From a virus (lineage: Duplodnaviria > Heunggongvirae > Uroviricota > Caudoviricetes): a stretch of 64,000 nucleotides of DNA. Positions 1-12,100 of the stretch are shown here, piece by piece. Every line of letters begins with the position of its first letter. The stretch's first letter is position 1. The DNA lies in the IMG/VR virus record IMGVR_UViG_3300032312_001770, positions 64,001-128,000 of that record. One strand, written 5' to 3'. Under the pieces are notes generated by a model. It ran no database searches. It was not told the origin of the DNA and was given only the letters and a program-made list of their open reading frames with translations. A program made the translations under genes and the position numbers.

Positions 1-878
1 CCTGAACTACCGCTTGTACCGGCATATCCAGATGTACCACTCGATCCATTTAGTCCTGATGTGCCACTTGATCCACTTAATCCTGATGTACCACTTGAGC
101 CTGATGAGCCTGATGAGCCTGATGAGCCTGATAGTCCCGAAGTACCACTATCACCTTTAGGTCCTGATATTTGACCCATATCAACCCATCCATCAGAATT
201 AGAAGCAGAAGAAGCAGGATTATAAATCCATAAATTTCCAGTATCTTGTGTTAAATATGTACTTAAATTTATGGGTTCTGGAACTGAATAACTACCACCA
301 ATAGAGGTTGTTAGACCATATATTGAAGGATAAACTCCTAGTACAGTTAATGTCTCTCCGGCAGGACCGGATGATCCATCATTACCATTAACACCTGAAG
401 TTCCTGATGATCCATCATTACCATTAACACCTGAAGTTCCTGATGACCCATCATTACCATTAACACCTGAAGTTCCTGATGATCCATCATTACCATTAAC
501 ACCTGAAGTTCCTGATGATCCAAAAAAAGTACCATTAACACCTGATGATCCACTCGATCCAGAAGTTCCTGAAGAAGATATACTATCAATATAATTTTTA
601 ATTTGAACATCTATTAATGTTGGTGTCTTTTCTAAAAGTGTATCAACTTGTGACTGAAATAAACCTAAAGCTATTTTAGCTTCATTTTGAGATGAAAAAG
701 GAATAGATATTATTTTACCGCTTTTGAAAGCAATTTCTAAAATATTATTTGAAACTCTTGTAGTTCCTATTGAGAACGGATTTATTGTATAAACAACAAT
801 ACCCTTATTATCAAATACTTGAATATTAGTATCAGATGTTGTTATCGGTCTCAAAAATGTATTATAGCTAAAAATCAT
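1..878 (-). CDS. Collagen-like Gly-X-Y (GSS/GTS) repeat virion or fibre protein; runs off the left window edge
   Basis: ATG at 878 gives MIFSYNTFLRPITTSDTNIQVFDNKG...SSGTSGVNGNDGSSGTS..., open to the window edge. It is missing from the ORF track, which shows only the shadow frame 347..610. Confidence 0.85.
   Translation of the reverse strand, partial: MIFSYNTFLRPITTSDTNIQVFDNKGIVVYTINPFSIGTTRVSNNILEIAFKSGKIISIPFSSQNEAKIALGLFQSQVDTLLEKTPTLIDVQIKNYIDSISSSGTSGSSGSSGVNGTFFGSSGTSGVNGNDGSSGTSGVNGNDGSSGTSGVNGNDGSSGTSGVNGNDGSSGPAGETLTVLGVYPSIYGLTTSIGGSYSVPEPINLSTYLTQDTGNLWIYNPASSASNSDGWVDMGQISGPKGDSGTSGLSGSSGSSGSSGSSGTSGLSGSSGTSGLNGSSGTSGYAGTSGSS
370..513. repeat. Four copies of a 36-bp coding tandem repeat (GSSGTSGVNGND)
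   Basis: Unit gatgatccatcattaccattaacacctgaagttcct is repeated head-to-tail with no spacers. Confidence 0.95.
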
Positions 879-894
879 CTTTTATTTTAATTTT

Positions 895-2025
895 TTAAGC
901 AGTTATATTAAGTTCTACTATCACACCGTCTAAATAGTTATGAGCAATATCTGAGAAGTCAAATGATAATGAATATGTACCAGCATTTAATATAGTATCA
1001 ATGTTACCAGCAGTACCACTTATTATTAAATTTGTTGGTAATATGCTCATATATCCATCTCTATTGTCTTCAATATAATCAACTAATGAGTAAATAAGTT
1101 GAGACTTATTAATATTACTACCAAAAGAACTTAAAGACATTGAAGTTGAAAAAGTGTTACCATAACTTGTATCATAAGGAACACCAGAGGTAGCACCATT
1201 AAATGAAATATATTCAGAATCTACCATATCATAGAAATAAAGAATTGGATCAACACTATCACTAACTGGATTAAGTGTATCTATATCTGTATTTGGATAT
1301 TGTAAAACATAATTTAATAATGAATGAGCTTGATAAGTATCAGTTTCTGATACAAATTGTAAGAAAATTGTACCTAAACTTGAATCATCAATAATTAAAA
1401 TCTGACCACTTCTTTCAATTGAATTAATATCACTTAATCTAATATAAATTAAAGGTTTAACTGGAGAACTCTTATCATTAATAACTAAAGATTCACCAAC
1501 AATATGACTGTGAATATCAGTGTAATTAAGATTAACAAATGAAGTGCCTGATTGATTTAAAGTGTCTGTAAAAATAGAATAAGAATCATCAATAACACCA
1601 ACCATAATATCTATATAAACTGGATATTTTGTACTTGGATTTGTAAGATATAATTGTGGGACTCTATGTGTTGAATTACCAGTTAAAACCATCGTATCAG
1701 CAAAAGAATTAACTCTTGTCATATCATCGTAATAACTCCAATTAACATAGTTATCAGCCTCTATTACAGATTTAGGATCATAAAGAGCTTTCATACAAAG
1801 AAAAGTAGCATTATCACCTAAACCTAAGAAATTTAGTAAATAATTTACTTGACCTGTTTTTAATATAACTCTACTTTTTAGAATTTGTTTGTAAGGAATT
1901 CTTAAATCTGATAAGATAATTCTTTCTCTTATACCTGAACCATCTACGGCTACAAAATCACCTCCATTAGTTTTAATAAATTGTGCTTTAGTGCCAAAGA
2001 GATTTGCTCCACATGTAACTGCCAT
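895..2025 (-). CDS. Hypothetical protein, probably structural
   Basis: 376-aa ORF rich in S/T/N, co-oriented with flanking structural genes, with an AATATATA motif upstream. Confidence 0.6.
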   Translation of the reverse strand: MAVTCGANLFGTKAQFIKTNGGDFVAVDGSGIRERIILSDLRIPYKQILKSRVILKTGQVNYLLNFLGLGDNATFLCMKALYDPKSVIEADNYVNWSYYDDMTRVNSFADTMVLTGNSTHRVPQLYLTNPSTKYPVYIDIMVGVIDDSYSIFTDTLNQSGTSFVNLNYTDIHSHIVGESLVINDKSSPVKPLIYIRLSDINSIERSGQILIIDDSSLGTIFLQFVSETDTYQAHSLLNYVLQYPNTDIDTLNPVSDSVDPILYFYDMVDSEYISFNGATSGVPYDTSYGNTFSTSMSLSSFGSNINKSQLIYSLVDYIEDNRDGYMSILPTNLIISGTAGNIDTILNAGTYSLSFDFSDIAHNYLDGVIVELNITA

Positions 2026-2072
2026 AAGTATATCTTTTTATTTTAACATATATATTAAAATCTAAAGACACT

Positions 2073-4814
2073 TTATTTTATATCTTGAACATCTATTTGA
2101 TATTTATCGGCAATTGAAACATCAGAAGAATTAATTCTAGTGATTTTTATCTTTTTACCTTTATTCAAACTAAAGTAAGGAGTATTTGATAATAAAGTTG
2201 AAGATGTTCCGTGAATGTAAAGAGGTAATGAAGCCGAAGCACCATAAGCAACTAAATCAGGATTACTATCAGCGTTTAATCTAATATAAGAACTTGTAGA
2301 TCCAACAACAGAATCAACTTTATATTGACCTGAGAAGTTAAATACAGAAGCAGTACCAACAAAGAAATTGTTTAATCTGAAAGTATCTCCCGTTTTAATA
2401 GAATTGTTTAATATTAAAGTATTACCAGACAAAGGAACCTCTAAAATATTACCCAATGTATATTGAATAGTTTTACTAAAATCAATATCAAAATTGAAAT
2501 CGGACCATAAATAAGCTGAATTTGGTAAAGAATTTGCTGTGTTATAATAAACAGGTAAATCTATACTACCAATTAAAAGAGCTTCGGTTGTTGTTATAGA
2601 AGTAGCTGTAGTAGTTGAAGGAACTGCTGTGTTAATATAAATATCTAACTTTTTATTTTGAGAAGCCAATTGAGTACCAGTTATCATAATATCAACACTT
2701 TGTTTATAAGCTAAATCAGTATCTAAAACAATTGTTAATTTGTCATTGTTTGGTAGTGCCAAAGCAACTTGGTCGTTATTAATAATATTTAATAAAAAGT
2801 TTTTATTTTCAGGAATTGTTAAGTTCAATGGAATCACACCACTAGTATTATATAAGTCAGTTGTATTAATATTATTAACACTTGTATATGAAGTCTCTCT
2901 ATTAAATAAAGATATAGAAACTGGTGTACCAGGATTTGTAACAACACTAATACTATCTGTACTGACTAATTGATTACTTGAATATAATCTTAATAAGTTT
3001 TCAAGATTTGATATCTTAGTATTTATAGTGGAAATATCTGTTTGTGTGTAAAGTAATTGTTGTAAAGCATTTAATTGGTCTTTTAAATCACCTTGTTCCG
3101 CCAATATATTCATAAAGCTATCATTTGTAGATGATAGTCTTGACATAGCTTGATTAAACAAATTCATACTAAATAAAGAGTTAATAGCCTCTGGATTATA
3201 GGCTTGTTGTGGATTGTCATTTACAATATTAAAGTTTAGATTTAAACTATAAGCATAAGAAGTACCATCTTGTTGACCATTAGAAACCATTTTCTTATAA
3301 ATAGGAAATCTAATTCCTATTTCTTCATCCACTGCATTGTTGTCTGGATTATCTAAGAAAGAAACACCATATAAATTTGTCTTAGTTGTAATAACTCCGG
3401 TTAAATCAGTTTTCTGAACAGTATAATACCATAAAATAGCATTATATTCAAAATCAGAAGGTGGTGTATTGTTAACTTCTAAGGCATTAAATTGGTCAAA
3501 GTTAGTTAATGTTCTATTAAATATATTCATCTTAACATAGTGACTAGTATTAAAATCAATACCAATACCATCAATTGTAGAACCATCAACAATTGGATTA
3601 TTAATATCACCAGTAACACCAAAGTAATCACCACTTCTTCTTAAAGAATCACCAGTTGCTGTTTCATATGTAAAATCAGGAGTATCAAATTGTGCAAAAT
3701 AAGAACCTGGATAATTTTGAGGAGTATTAACTAAAGGAGATGTAAATAACTCAGCACCTAAAATTTCAGGTTGATATTGACTCGGTAAAATAGGAAATGT
3801 TAAATTTGGTTTGTAGTTGACATCATAATTAGTTCTAAATAAAATATCAGGTGTAGCACCAACATGATCTGGAATTTGAGCCTGAACTTCAGTATAGTTT
3901 CTATTTGCTTCTTGAACATTAGAAATACCGGTTATTTCACCAATATATTGAACAAATCTATCATAAACTAATTTAACTTGACCAGATGTTTCAAATTCTG
4001 TGCCTAGTGTAGTATCAATATCAAAAACAATTCTTTGTCCTTGAGTAGCACCAGCTGGTGTAATAAAAAGAACAGTAGTATTTACACCTGTTTCATATTG
4101 AGAGTTTAGTAAAGGATAAAGACCTGAACTTAAAGGATATTCATAATTATAAATAGTAGAATTAGCAACATTGAAAATATTAACTTTATCACCTACTCTA
4201 AAATTAGTAGTACCTGCAAACTCAACTTCTAACTTATTTGTGTAGGGAATTACATTTGTTTCATAAAATGAAATAGCATCCCATTCAATAACTTGTCTTT
4301 CTCTCCATAGATATTCAGGTAAATAAGCATCATCATTAATATTATTTCTTTGAAACTCAGTAATATTACTAAAATATTCATCATCTGGAATAGCTGGTTC
4401 AAAATCAATAAGTTTTAACTTTTTAGCCCATTTGAAGAAAACTTTTTCAGTTGGAGTTTCTAAAGCATTTGTGTCATAATAATATTTAGTATTATTTAAT
4501 CTACTTTCTCTAATTACAACTTCTTGATTTGCTACATAGTTTCTTAATGATTCAACTATTTGTTCGTTATAAGTTGCAGGTGGTGTAGCATTAACTGACT
4601 TTTGAAATGAATTATCAAAGTCAAATACTATTTTATTTGACATTGTACCAGCAACTAAATTTTGTTTAGGTAAATTTAATAGAACAAACTTAGAGAAATA
4701 CATCTTGTAGTTTGAGTTCTGGTAAGCCGCTGATATATCTTCAGCCGCACCTGGGAAAGCATAAAATGAAGTTCCATTCGATTTTAAAAACTTATAAAGA
4801 GGTGTAGATGCCAT
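2073..4814 (-). CDS. Large putative virion structural protein
   Basis: 913 aa, T/N/S-rich, with a central coiled coil (LKDQLNALQQ...ISNLENL), in a structural gene cluster. Confidence 0.6.
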   Translation of the reverse strand: MASTPLYKFLKSNGTSFYAFPGAAEDISAAYQNSNYKMYFSKFVLLNLPKQNLVAGTMSNKIVFDFDNSFQKSVNATPPATYNEQIVESLRNYVANQEVVIRESRLNNTKYYYDTNALETPTEKVFFKWAKKLKLIDFEPAIPDDEYFSNITEFQRNNINDDAYLPEYLWRERQVIEWDAISFYETNVIPYTNKLEVEFAGTTNFRVGDKVNIFNVANSTIYNYEYPLSSGLYPLLNSQYETGVNTTVLFITPAGATQGQRIVFDIDTTLGTEFETSGQVKLVYDRFVQYIGEITGISNVQEANRNYTEVQAQIPDHVGATPDILFRTNYDVNYKPNLTFPILPSQYQPEILGAELFTSPLVNTPQNYPGSYFAQFDTPDFTYETATGDSLRRSGDYFGVTGDINNPIVDGSTIDGIGIDFNTSHYVKMNIFNRTLTNFDQFNALEVNNTPPSDFEYNAILWYYTVQKTDLTGVITTKTNLYGVSFLDNPDNNAVDEEIGIRFPIYKKMVSNGQQDGTSYAYSLNLNFNIVNDNPQQAYNPEAINSLFSMNLFNQAMSRLSSTNDSFMNILAEQGDLKDQLNALQQLLYTQTDISTINTKISNLENLLRLYSSNQLVSTDSISVVTNPGTPVSISLFNRETSYTSVNNINTTDLYNTSGVIPLNLTIPENKNFLLNIINNDQVALALPNNDKLTIVLDTDLAYKQSVDIMITGTQLASQNKKLDIYINTAVPSTTTATSITTTEALLIGSIDLPVYYNTANSLPNSAYLWSDFNFDIDFSKTIQYTLGNILEVPLSGNTLILNNSIKTGDTFRLNNFFVGTASVFNFSGQYKVDSVVGSTSSYIRLNADSNPDLVAYGASASLPLYIHGTSSTLLSNTPYFSLNKGKKIKITRINSSDVSIADKYQIDVQDIK

Positions 4815-4906
4815 TTAATTGTCAATTTATTTTATAATCTATATATAATTTTTCATATCTTCTGTTTCTAAAAAGGAAACAAGAAGTATTTAATAAATAT
4901 ATTATC

Positions 4907-5350
4907 ATGATAGGTAATATATATTATTTAATTGGTTTTTTAGTATTATTCTCTTTATTATCAACTATTCTAAAATTTAGAAAAATTTACTCAATAAATG
5001 AGTGGAGAGAAAAATATGAAAAAATTACCGGTAAAAAACCACTTAAAAGAGAATTTAGAAGTAAAAAGGAATATTCTTTGCATGAATCAGCAGGTATACT
5101 TGGCTTATTTGAGCTTATTTGGATATTTGTTGGTTTTTTTACAGGAAATTGGTACTTATTTGGCACAACATTGGCATTATCTTATTTACTTAACATTATA
5201 CTAAAACCTTTCAAGTTTTCAATACTTCACAAATTAATCTCTTTCACTTTTTTATTAAGTAGATTATGCTTATATTTGTATTTAATAGTAAATCATTTTT
5301 ATTTACATCAAGATACATATAGCATAGTTAAACATTATATAAAATGGTAG
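4907..5350 (+). CDS. Membrane protein
   Basis: Several hydrophobic segments (YYLIGFLVLFSLL, LFELIWIFVGFF, LYLYLIV). Confidence 0.65.
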   Translation: MIGNIYYLIGFLVLFSLLSTILKFRKIYSINEWREKYEKITGKKPLKREFRSKKEYSLHESAGILGLFELIWIFVGFFTGNWYLFGTTLALSYLLNIILKPFKFSILHKLISFTFLLSRLCLYLYLIVNHFYLHQDTYSIVKHYIKW

Positions 5351-5787
5351 TCATTCACGGTGAATCTAATTCAGGCAAATCAAAAAAAGCTCTTAGTCTA
5401 ATAGACATATCTAAGAAGACTGTTTACTTTGCTTTAGATTTTGATAAAAATATCAAATCACTTGAATTAAATAACAAAAACCTACAAGTAACTGCTTATC
5501 CTAGAGGTTCATTCTTGATTGACTTAGAATATGAGATATTAAATCATGGTGGACTTTTTAAGAATAAACTTTCTTATGTTGTCATAGACACTATTAACTT
5601 TCTTAAAGATGATAAAAAAAACCTACCTAAGTTATTGAATAGATTAAAAAGACTTGAAAAAGAATATAATAAGTTTGAAATAATTGCCGTTATTAATACG
5701 TTGCATCATTTTGATTTAAAAGATGATATAAAAATTATTGAAGGTGTTAGATTTATTGAAACTAAGAAAAAGATTATAAATCTTTAA
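5344..5787 (+). CDS. Minimal P-loop NTPase (RecA/KaiC-like fold)
   Basis: Walker A GESNSGKS at the N-terminus and Walker B-like YVVIDT, in only 147 aa. Confidence 0.65.
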   Translation: MVVIHGESNSGKSKKALSLIDISKKTVYFALDFDKNIKSLELNNKNLQVTAYPRGSFLIDLEYEILNHGGLFKNKLSYVVIDTINFLKDDKKNLPKLLNRLKRLEKEYNKFEIIAVINTLHHFDLKDDIKIIEGVRFIETKKKIINL

Positions 5788-6163
5788 CTATTTGAGATAC
5801 TGCTTTTTCCGTACCACTAATTATATAATCATAAAGACCAAAAGTATTTGATTCACTTGGTACTTCATTGAAATATTTAATATCATTTAATAGCTCATCA
5901 ATATCATTTCTAAATTTCAAATAAAATTCATAAATATCCGAATCATTAATAAATCCTTCAATTTTAGTATCATCTGGGGATTTGATGAACTTATCTACAA
6001 ATGATTTAAACTCACCACCACTTTTTTCAATAGTTTTCTCAATCATTGATTTAACTTCCTCTTTTAACTCAGTGTATTTACCACTATCTTGAGATTTCTC
6101 AGTAGGTTGAGCTTCAGTTGTTTCATCAGCTTCTTTTATAAATTGTAGATATTTTTTAATCAT
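5774..6163 (-). CDS. Putative internal head protein with a capsid-targeting-like N-terminus
   Basis: Start reassigned to the ATG at 6163 (MIKKYLQFIKEA), directly after aatatatacaat. Confidence 0.6.
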   Translation of the reverse strand: MIKKYLQFIKEADETTEAQPTEKSQDSGKYTELKEEVKSMIEKTIEKSGGEFKSFVDKFIKSPDDTKIEGFINDSDIYEFYLKFRNDIDELLNDIKYFNEVPSESNTFGLYDYIISGTEKAVSQIVKDL

Positions 6164-6192
6164 ATTGTATATATTAAAATTTAATTTATAAA

Positions 6193-9100
6193 TTAAGTCC
6201 AAATTGCGTTGAATACACCATTATACCAAAGTCCACCTTCCCATAATCCACTTTCATAAATACCATTTGTCCAAATACCACCTTTCCAGTTTAAGTTAGC
6301 AAATTTAGAAACAACTCTTAAACCAGTATCAACTGACGTAGAAATTGAAGTACCAACTAAATTAGTTCCAACATAAATAGTTGTACTTTGATTTGCTGTA
6401 TCTTGTGTGGCATATAAAATAATATAAGATCCAGGATTTTCATTAGAACCAAATACTGAATTGGAATTATTAGATAAATTATCAATAATAAAAATATTAT
6501 CACCAGTATTAAAATAGAATATACCATTTAGAGTAAAAGTATTATTAACTGTATCAATTTGAATAACTTGAATATCTTCTAAGATACCACCGTACCAAGT
6601 TCCTGTTTTGAAATCCATATCATAAGCAATACCACCATACCATTCACCTGAGAACCATTGACCTGTTTTCCAAATAGAATACTTATTAACTTCAGAAGCT
6701 ATAAGAACACCATTATCATCAGTGTTTAGATATGAATAGAATGATCCGCTTATCCACTTACCAGCTTGCCAGTTAGCAGTTCTGCTATTAAATGATTTAG
6801 TACCAAATCTAGCCAAGCCATTTCTTTGTTCCCAAGTACCATTATACCACATACCATTCTCAAAGTCACCACCTAACCATTTACCATCTAACCAATAAGT
6901 TGGTTCATTATCACAGTTAAAAACACCATTATTCCAAGTACCAAGTATCCAAATACCACCCTCAAATCTACCATCATTCCAAGTACCATCATTCCAGATA
7001 CCTTTATGCCACATACCATTATTCCAAGTACCATCATACCATCTACCATTATACCAGATACCAGCATTCCAAGTACCACCAAACCATCTACCATCATACC
7101 AGAAAGATTGTTCAAAGTCTACGGTTTTTGTATCAACATCAACTGTTAAAATTTTATCATTAATTGTATTAGCATTCCAAATACCATCATACCAATCACC
7201 TGCCATCCAAACACCAGACTGCCAAATGCCACCAAACCATCTGCCATATAACCAAGTACCTTTATACCAAACTAATTCATTATTATTATTTAAACCAATA
7301 ACAGCACCTGATAACTCAGCTTCAAGTAACCAAGCATATTGTAAGTTAATAGTATCCATATTTAATCCATCAACTAATCTAAATCTATATTTCTCAAAAT
7401 CCACATTAATTAAACTATAAGCACTATTTAATAACTTTAAGTTTTCAATTGATAACTCTAATGACATTTTACCTCTACCATCAACACCCAAATCAATTAA
7501 ATCAACTGGTTGATAGTTTAAGAAGGGATCTTCTTTTGTGTATTTAACATATCCAGTATCATCACCAGTAGTTGGTGATGTACCATATGGAATATCAGTT
7601 AAAAAGTCATACTCGTTTATTTTTGTAATAACATGATATCCAAAATATTGTGGATTCAATTCTTGAGAGGAACCATCACCACCATTGAATTCTAAAACAA
7701 CACCATCACCATCTAATAAGTCATGCTTTTCGGAACAAGAAATATAAAGTTTATTTGTAAAATTTATAGTATTTAAAATAGGAACATTATATTCTTTAGC
7801 TAATCTTGTTATATTCATTGCTAATTCATTCTTGTAATCAACATAGATAATAGCGGATAAAGCTTGAATAGTATCTGAATCTGATAATAAAATCTTAGCA
7901 TAAGAATCTGTTGGTATCTTAAAATTTAATTCATTTTGATAGTTATAATATTTAAATAAATCTTGGTCTTGCCAAGAATTTGATTTCATCTTAGCTCTTT
8001 GAATATTATTCAACTCTTGTAAGTCAGCACTTATTTGAGATAAATGTCTTCTAGAGATAATGTCTAGTGTACAATTAGATAATATATTTTGAAAAAGACT
8101 ACTAATAGGTAGAACTCTTTTATGAAATTCAATAACATAAGCATTTTGTAAAGAATCATAATATTTATTCATTACTAAAAGTTTGTCTGTAGAGTAAGTT
8201 AGCGAACCTCTAACTTTAACATCAACAAATGTATTAATAAAGATACTATCCCATTCTAGTTTTAATCCTGTACCAAATAAGATTTTATTAGTTGGTAAGC
8301 TCATACTACCACCAGAATAAGTTAAACCATTATAATCAATATAAACAGTAGAAGCTGTTAAACTACCAAGTGGTAAACCTTCATATTGAGGCATAGCCAA
8401 ATATTCTTTAGTAGCATAGAATTTAGGATTGACATCATTTACATCATTTAATCCTGTTAAATAATCCATTAAATTATATGTAGGTGAATATCCAAATTTT
8501 AAGAACCCTGAAGTATAAATCATATCATATAAAGTAGTTGTGAAGTTTCCACCAACAGCTAAATTATAACTTAATCCCCAGTTTGGATTTGAATTAGGAA
8601 TACTACCATATAGTGACTTTGATATGAGATTTATTGTATCACCAGTTACTACTGATGAGGTAGGAGATAAATAAGAAGAATATGATGTTGTTATTCCCAA
8701 TAATAAATTATCAAGTGTACTTGATAAAGTTGATATTTGAATCTCATTAGTATTAATGGCTGTATCTTTAAATGTATATGTAGTTGTAACTCCACCTAAA
8801 ATTAAAGTAGCGCTATCACCATCACTTGGTATTAAATTAAGTAATCCAGACAAAGAAGCACTAGAATTACTTGTAATAGTACTTAAAGTCGGTTCTAAAT
8901 TCCAACTTAAACTTAAATTAGGATTAGCACCAAATAATGATAAAGCTGATATGTTAATAGAATTACCAACAGAGGAAACACTTAGAATATAACTGTTTAT
9001 ACCTGATGTCGATGATATAACAGTTGATAAATTAGATAAGCAACCAGATATAGTAGATGATATTAAAACATCCGTTAATAAAGAAGGTGTGGTCTTAAAT

Positions 9101-12100
9101 GTATATGTATAGAGTGTACCACCTAACCTAAGCTTAACTATATCATTATTATTTGGCAATGATGTTAATGTACCTGATAATGAGGCGCTATAATCAAAAG
9201 ATCTTCTATCGACTTTAAATAGATTACCAGAATAGATTATATCCTTTCCATTCTCAGCCATTATTATTCGATTTAATAACTTACCGAATATTGAAGGAGA
9301 TGTAAGAGTTGTTGATATATTACCACCATTGTCAACTTTTCTAATTGTACTAACAAGAGCACCATCATTTGAGACTATATAAATACTATCTTCAATCGCA
9401 TCATAAACAATGCCTGTTGTGTAACCTAACTGAGCAATTGTTGCTGGTCCACCATCACCTGAATATCCAAGTGTACCATCACCAGCAACTGTTGTAATTA
9501 TACCCGTATTATAATCAACTTTTCTAATAACAAAATTGTCTTTATCTGCAATATATAAATTACCAAAGATATCAAAAGCAATAGCTGATGGATTATTTAA
9601 CCTAGCAGATATTGCTGGTCCAAAATCTCCACCATAAGCACCAGTACCATCACCTGCATAAGTACCTATAATACCACTATTATCAACTACTCTAATTCTA
9701 TTATTACCAGAGTCACATATATAAACATAATCATTAAGAGGATTAACAGCTACAGCAACCGGTTTGTCTAACTGAGCATTAATAGCCGGAACACCATCTA
9801 AAAATCCAGAAGGACCAACAGTACCCGCAAAAGCCTCAATTCTTCCAGTATTATAATCAACTTTTCTAATAATATGAAAGTTAGAAGATGTACAACCAGT
9901 AGCAATATACATGTTACCTAGTGAATCAAAATCTATATCAGTTGGTAAATATAACTGACAATTAGCGTATGGACCACCATCACCACCATAACTAGGTATT
10001 AATGATTGAAAACCAACTTCAGTTTGTATAATACCGGCACCATTAACAATTCTAATAACATTATTGTCGGTGTCTGCTATGTAATATGAATTTGTATTTT
10101 GATTATATCTGATACCGGATGGGTTAGCTAATTGAGCAATAGGCGCTGGACCACCGTCACCAGCATATCCGTAATTAGAACCAGCCAATTTAGTATTACT
10201 AGAAGAAAGACCATTTACAAAACTATATGTTGATGTAATAAATGTAGTAGATGATGAAACACCACCTGAGAATGAATAGTTGGAAACACTAGCAGTTATT
10301 AAACTATTAGCAGAAACATCAACAGAAGTTTGTAAATTATAATAAGATGTTAGATTATTAAACTTAGCACTTAATTGAAATAAACTTGAACTAGTGTTAG
10401 TAACATTTCCATTCGAATCTAAATAATCTAATTTATAAGCATTTGAAATTGGATGATTATTGAATCTATTTTTTAATTGAGAAACTGTTGAATATTTATT
10501 TAAGTTTGTTATAGTAATTGAACTACTAGTCAATTGTAAATCATTTATAATATTTTGATTAAACTCAGTAAACATATAGATAAATTTCCAAGAACCTATA
10601 GTTTCAATTCTATTAACAATTAATTCAGAATCAACTAAGTTGCTTTCAAATTTAATTAAATCACCAATTGAAACTGGATACAATAAAGAAACTTTATAAA
10701 TCATTAAATAATCATAAAGAAATATTCTGTAAGTACCGGCTAATCCAGTTGTTGGAACACCTGAGATAGAAGGTTTTCCAAATCCATTAAATCGACTTTG
10801 ATTAGAATCTATAATGGTAGGAGCCAATAAAGATATAAGTGAAGCAGATGCAGTAATTTGAGAACTGCTATGTAAACTAACACTAGGATTAACATTATAT
10901 GAAAAAGTAGTAGATATTAAAACTTTTTTAGATTCATCCATTGGCGTTAAACTATAATATTCAAATGTTTTTTGAGTATCTGTCCAATAAGTTAACCAGT
11001 TTGTTTCTGAATAGGTTCCATTATTAGTCGATGTAAGTGGGTGTTCTATTGGTTTGAATTCAATTTGAGAATTAACACTGGCTAATGTAGAGTTACTAAA
11101 TGTAATTGAATTAGGTAATCTATACTCACCCGCATCTGTAAAGAAGTTTAACTTGGAAGCTATATCATAGTCAATAACCAACATTTTAGATTTTAACTTA
11201 TCTTCAAATGTTGAATCTAATGAGTTCAGAGTTATTGTAGAGTAAGTAGAATAACCTAATAAAGAAGTGTTGCCACAGATTAGCATTTCAGTCGAATTGT
11301 AATCAAATATTTGATTTGGATAACCAGAGTACTCAAAGGTAGCACTTGTGCCTATAGCTGTATTTGAATAGGAACTTCCGGTACCTAGAATACTAAAGTT
11401 GTTTATATCAAATGAGAATATACCATCATTTATTGTTACTGGATCAGTTCCTGTGAAGTAAAATATATTAGTACCTTGTCTTCTTGTTATATTTCTAATA
11501 TCTTTATAATCTTGACCAAAATCAAAGTAAATAAAATCAGTACCTATTTGAGAAAAAGAATTATTAACATCATATGCTATAACTTTATTGTTATTAGTAA
11601 CTAAGAAAAGTAATTCTTTATTAGTAGGTATAGATTGTGTGTAATAACTAAAACTAACTCCCCAAGTTGAAATGTTAGTTTTATACATATCATTAATATT
11701 TTCAACTAATAAATATTCATCAACAGAATCTTCAATTTGTGAAATTCTTCTTTTATAGGCTGTCCATCCAGCAATACTATCAACAAACTCAATTAAAACA
11801 CCAGCATCACCAGCTACATAAAAACTTGAGTTTGTTGAATATAAAACTTTATTATAATTGTATTCGCTAAAACTATCAACTTCTATTCTTTCCCAGGTTT
11901 GACCAGCATTTTTTGTATAAAGTATAGTATTTAACTCACCAACAACAACACCACTTATATCATTAAAAAATGAAACAGAAGTAAGATTTGTTATAATAAG
12001 TTGAGGTAAAGTAGTAGGTATTTCCTCAAGTAATATTCTATCAATACTAAAATCATGTTTTCTAACTCTTAAAAGTGTATTTTCATCACCACATATCCAA

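Noticed and set aside
370-513. 36-bp repeats as a CRISPR array
   Set aside because: The units are contiguous with no unique spacers, in frame within a collagen-like CDS, and no cas genes are present.
347-610. ORF-track 87-aa ORF (DHQELQVLMVMM repeats)
   Set aside because: It is an alternative frame of the real Gly-X-Y gene that starts at 878.
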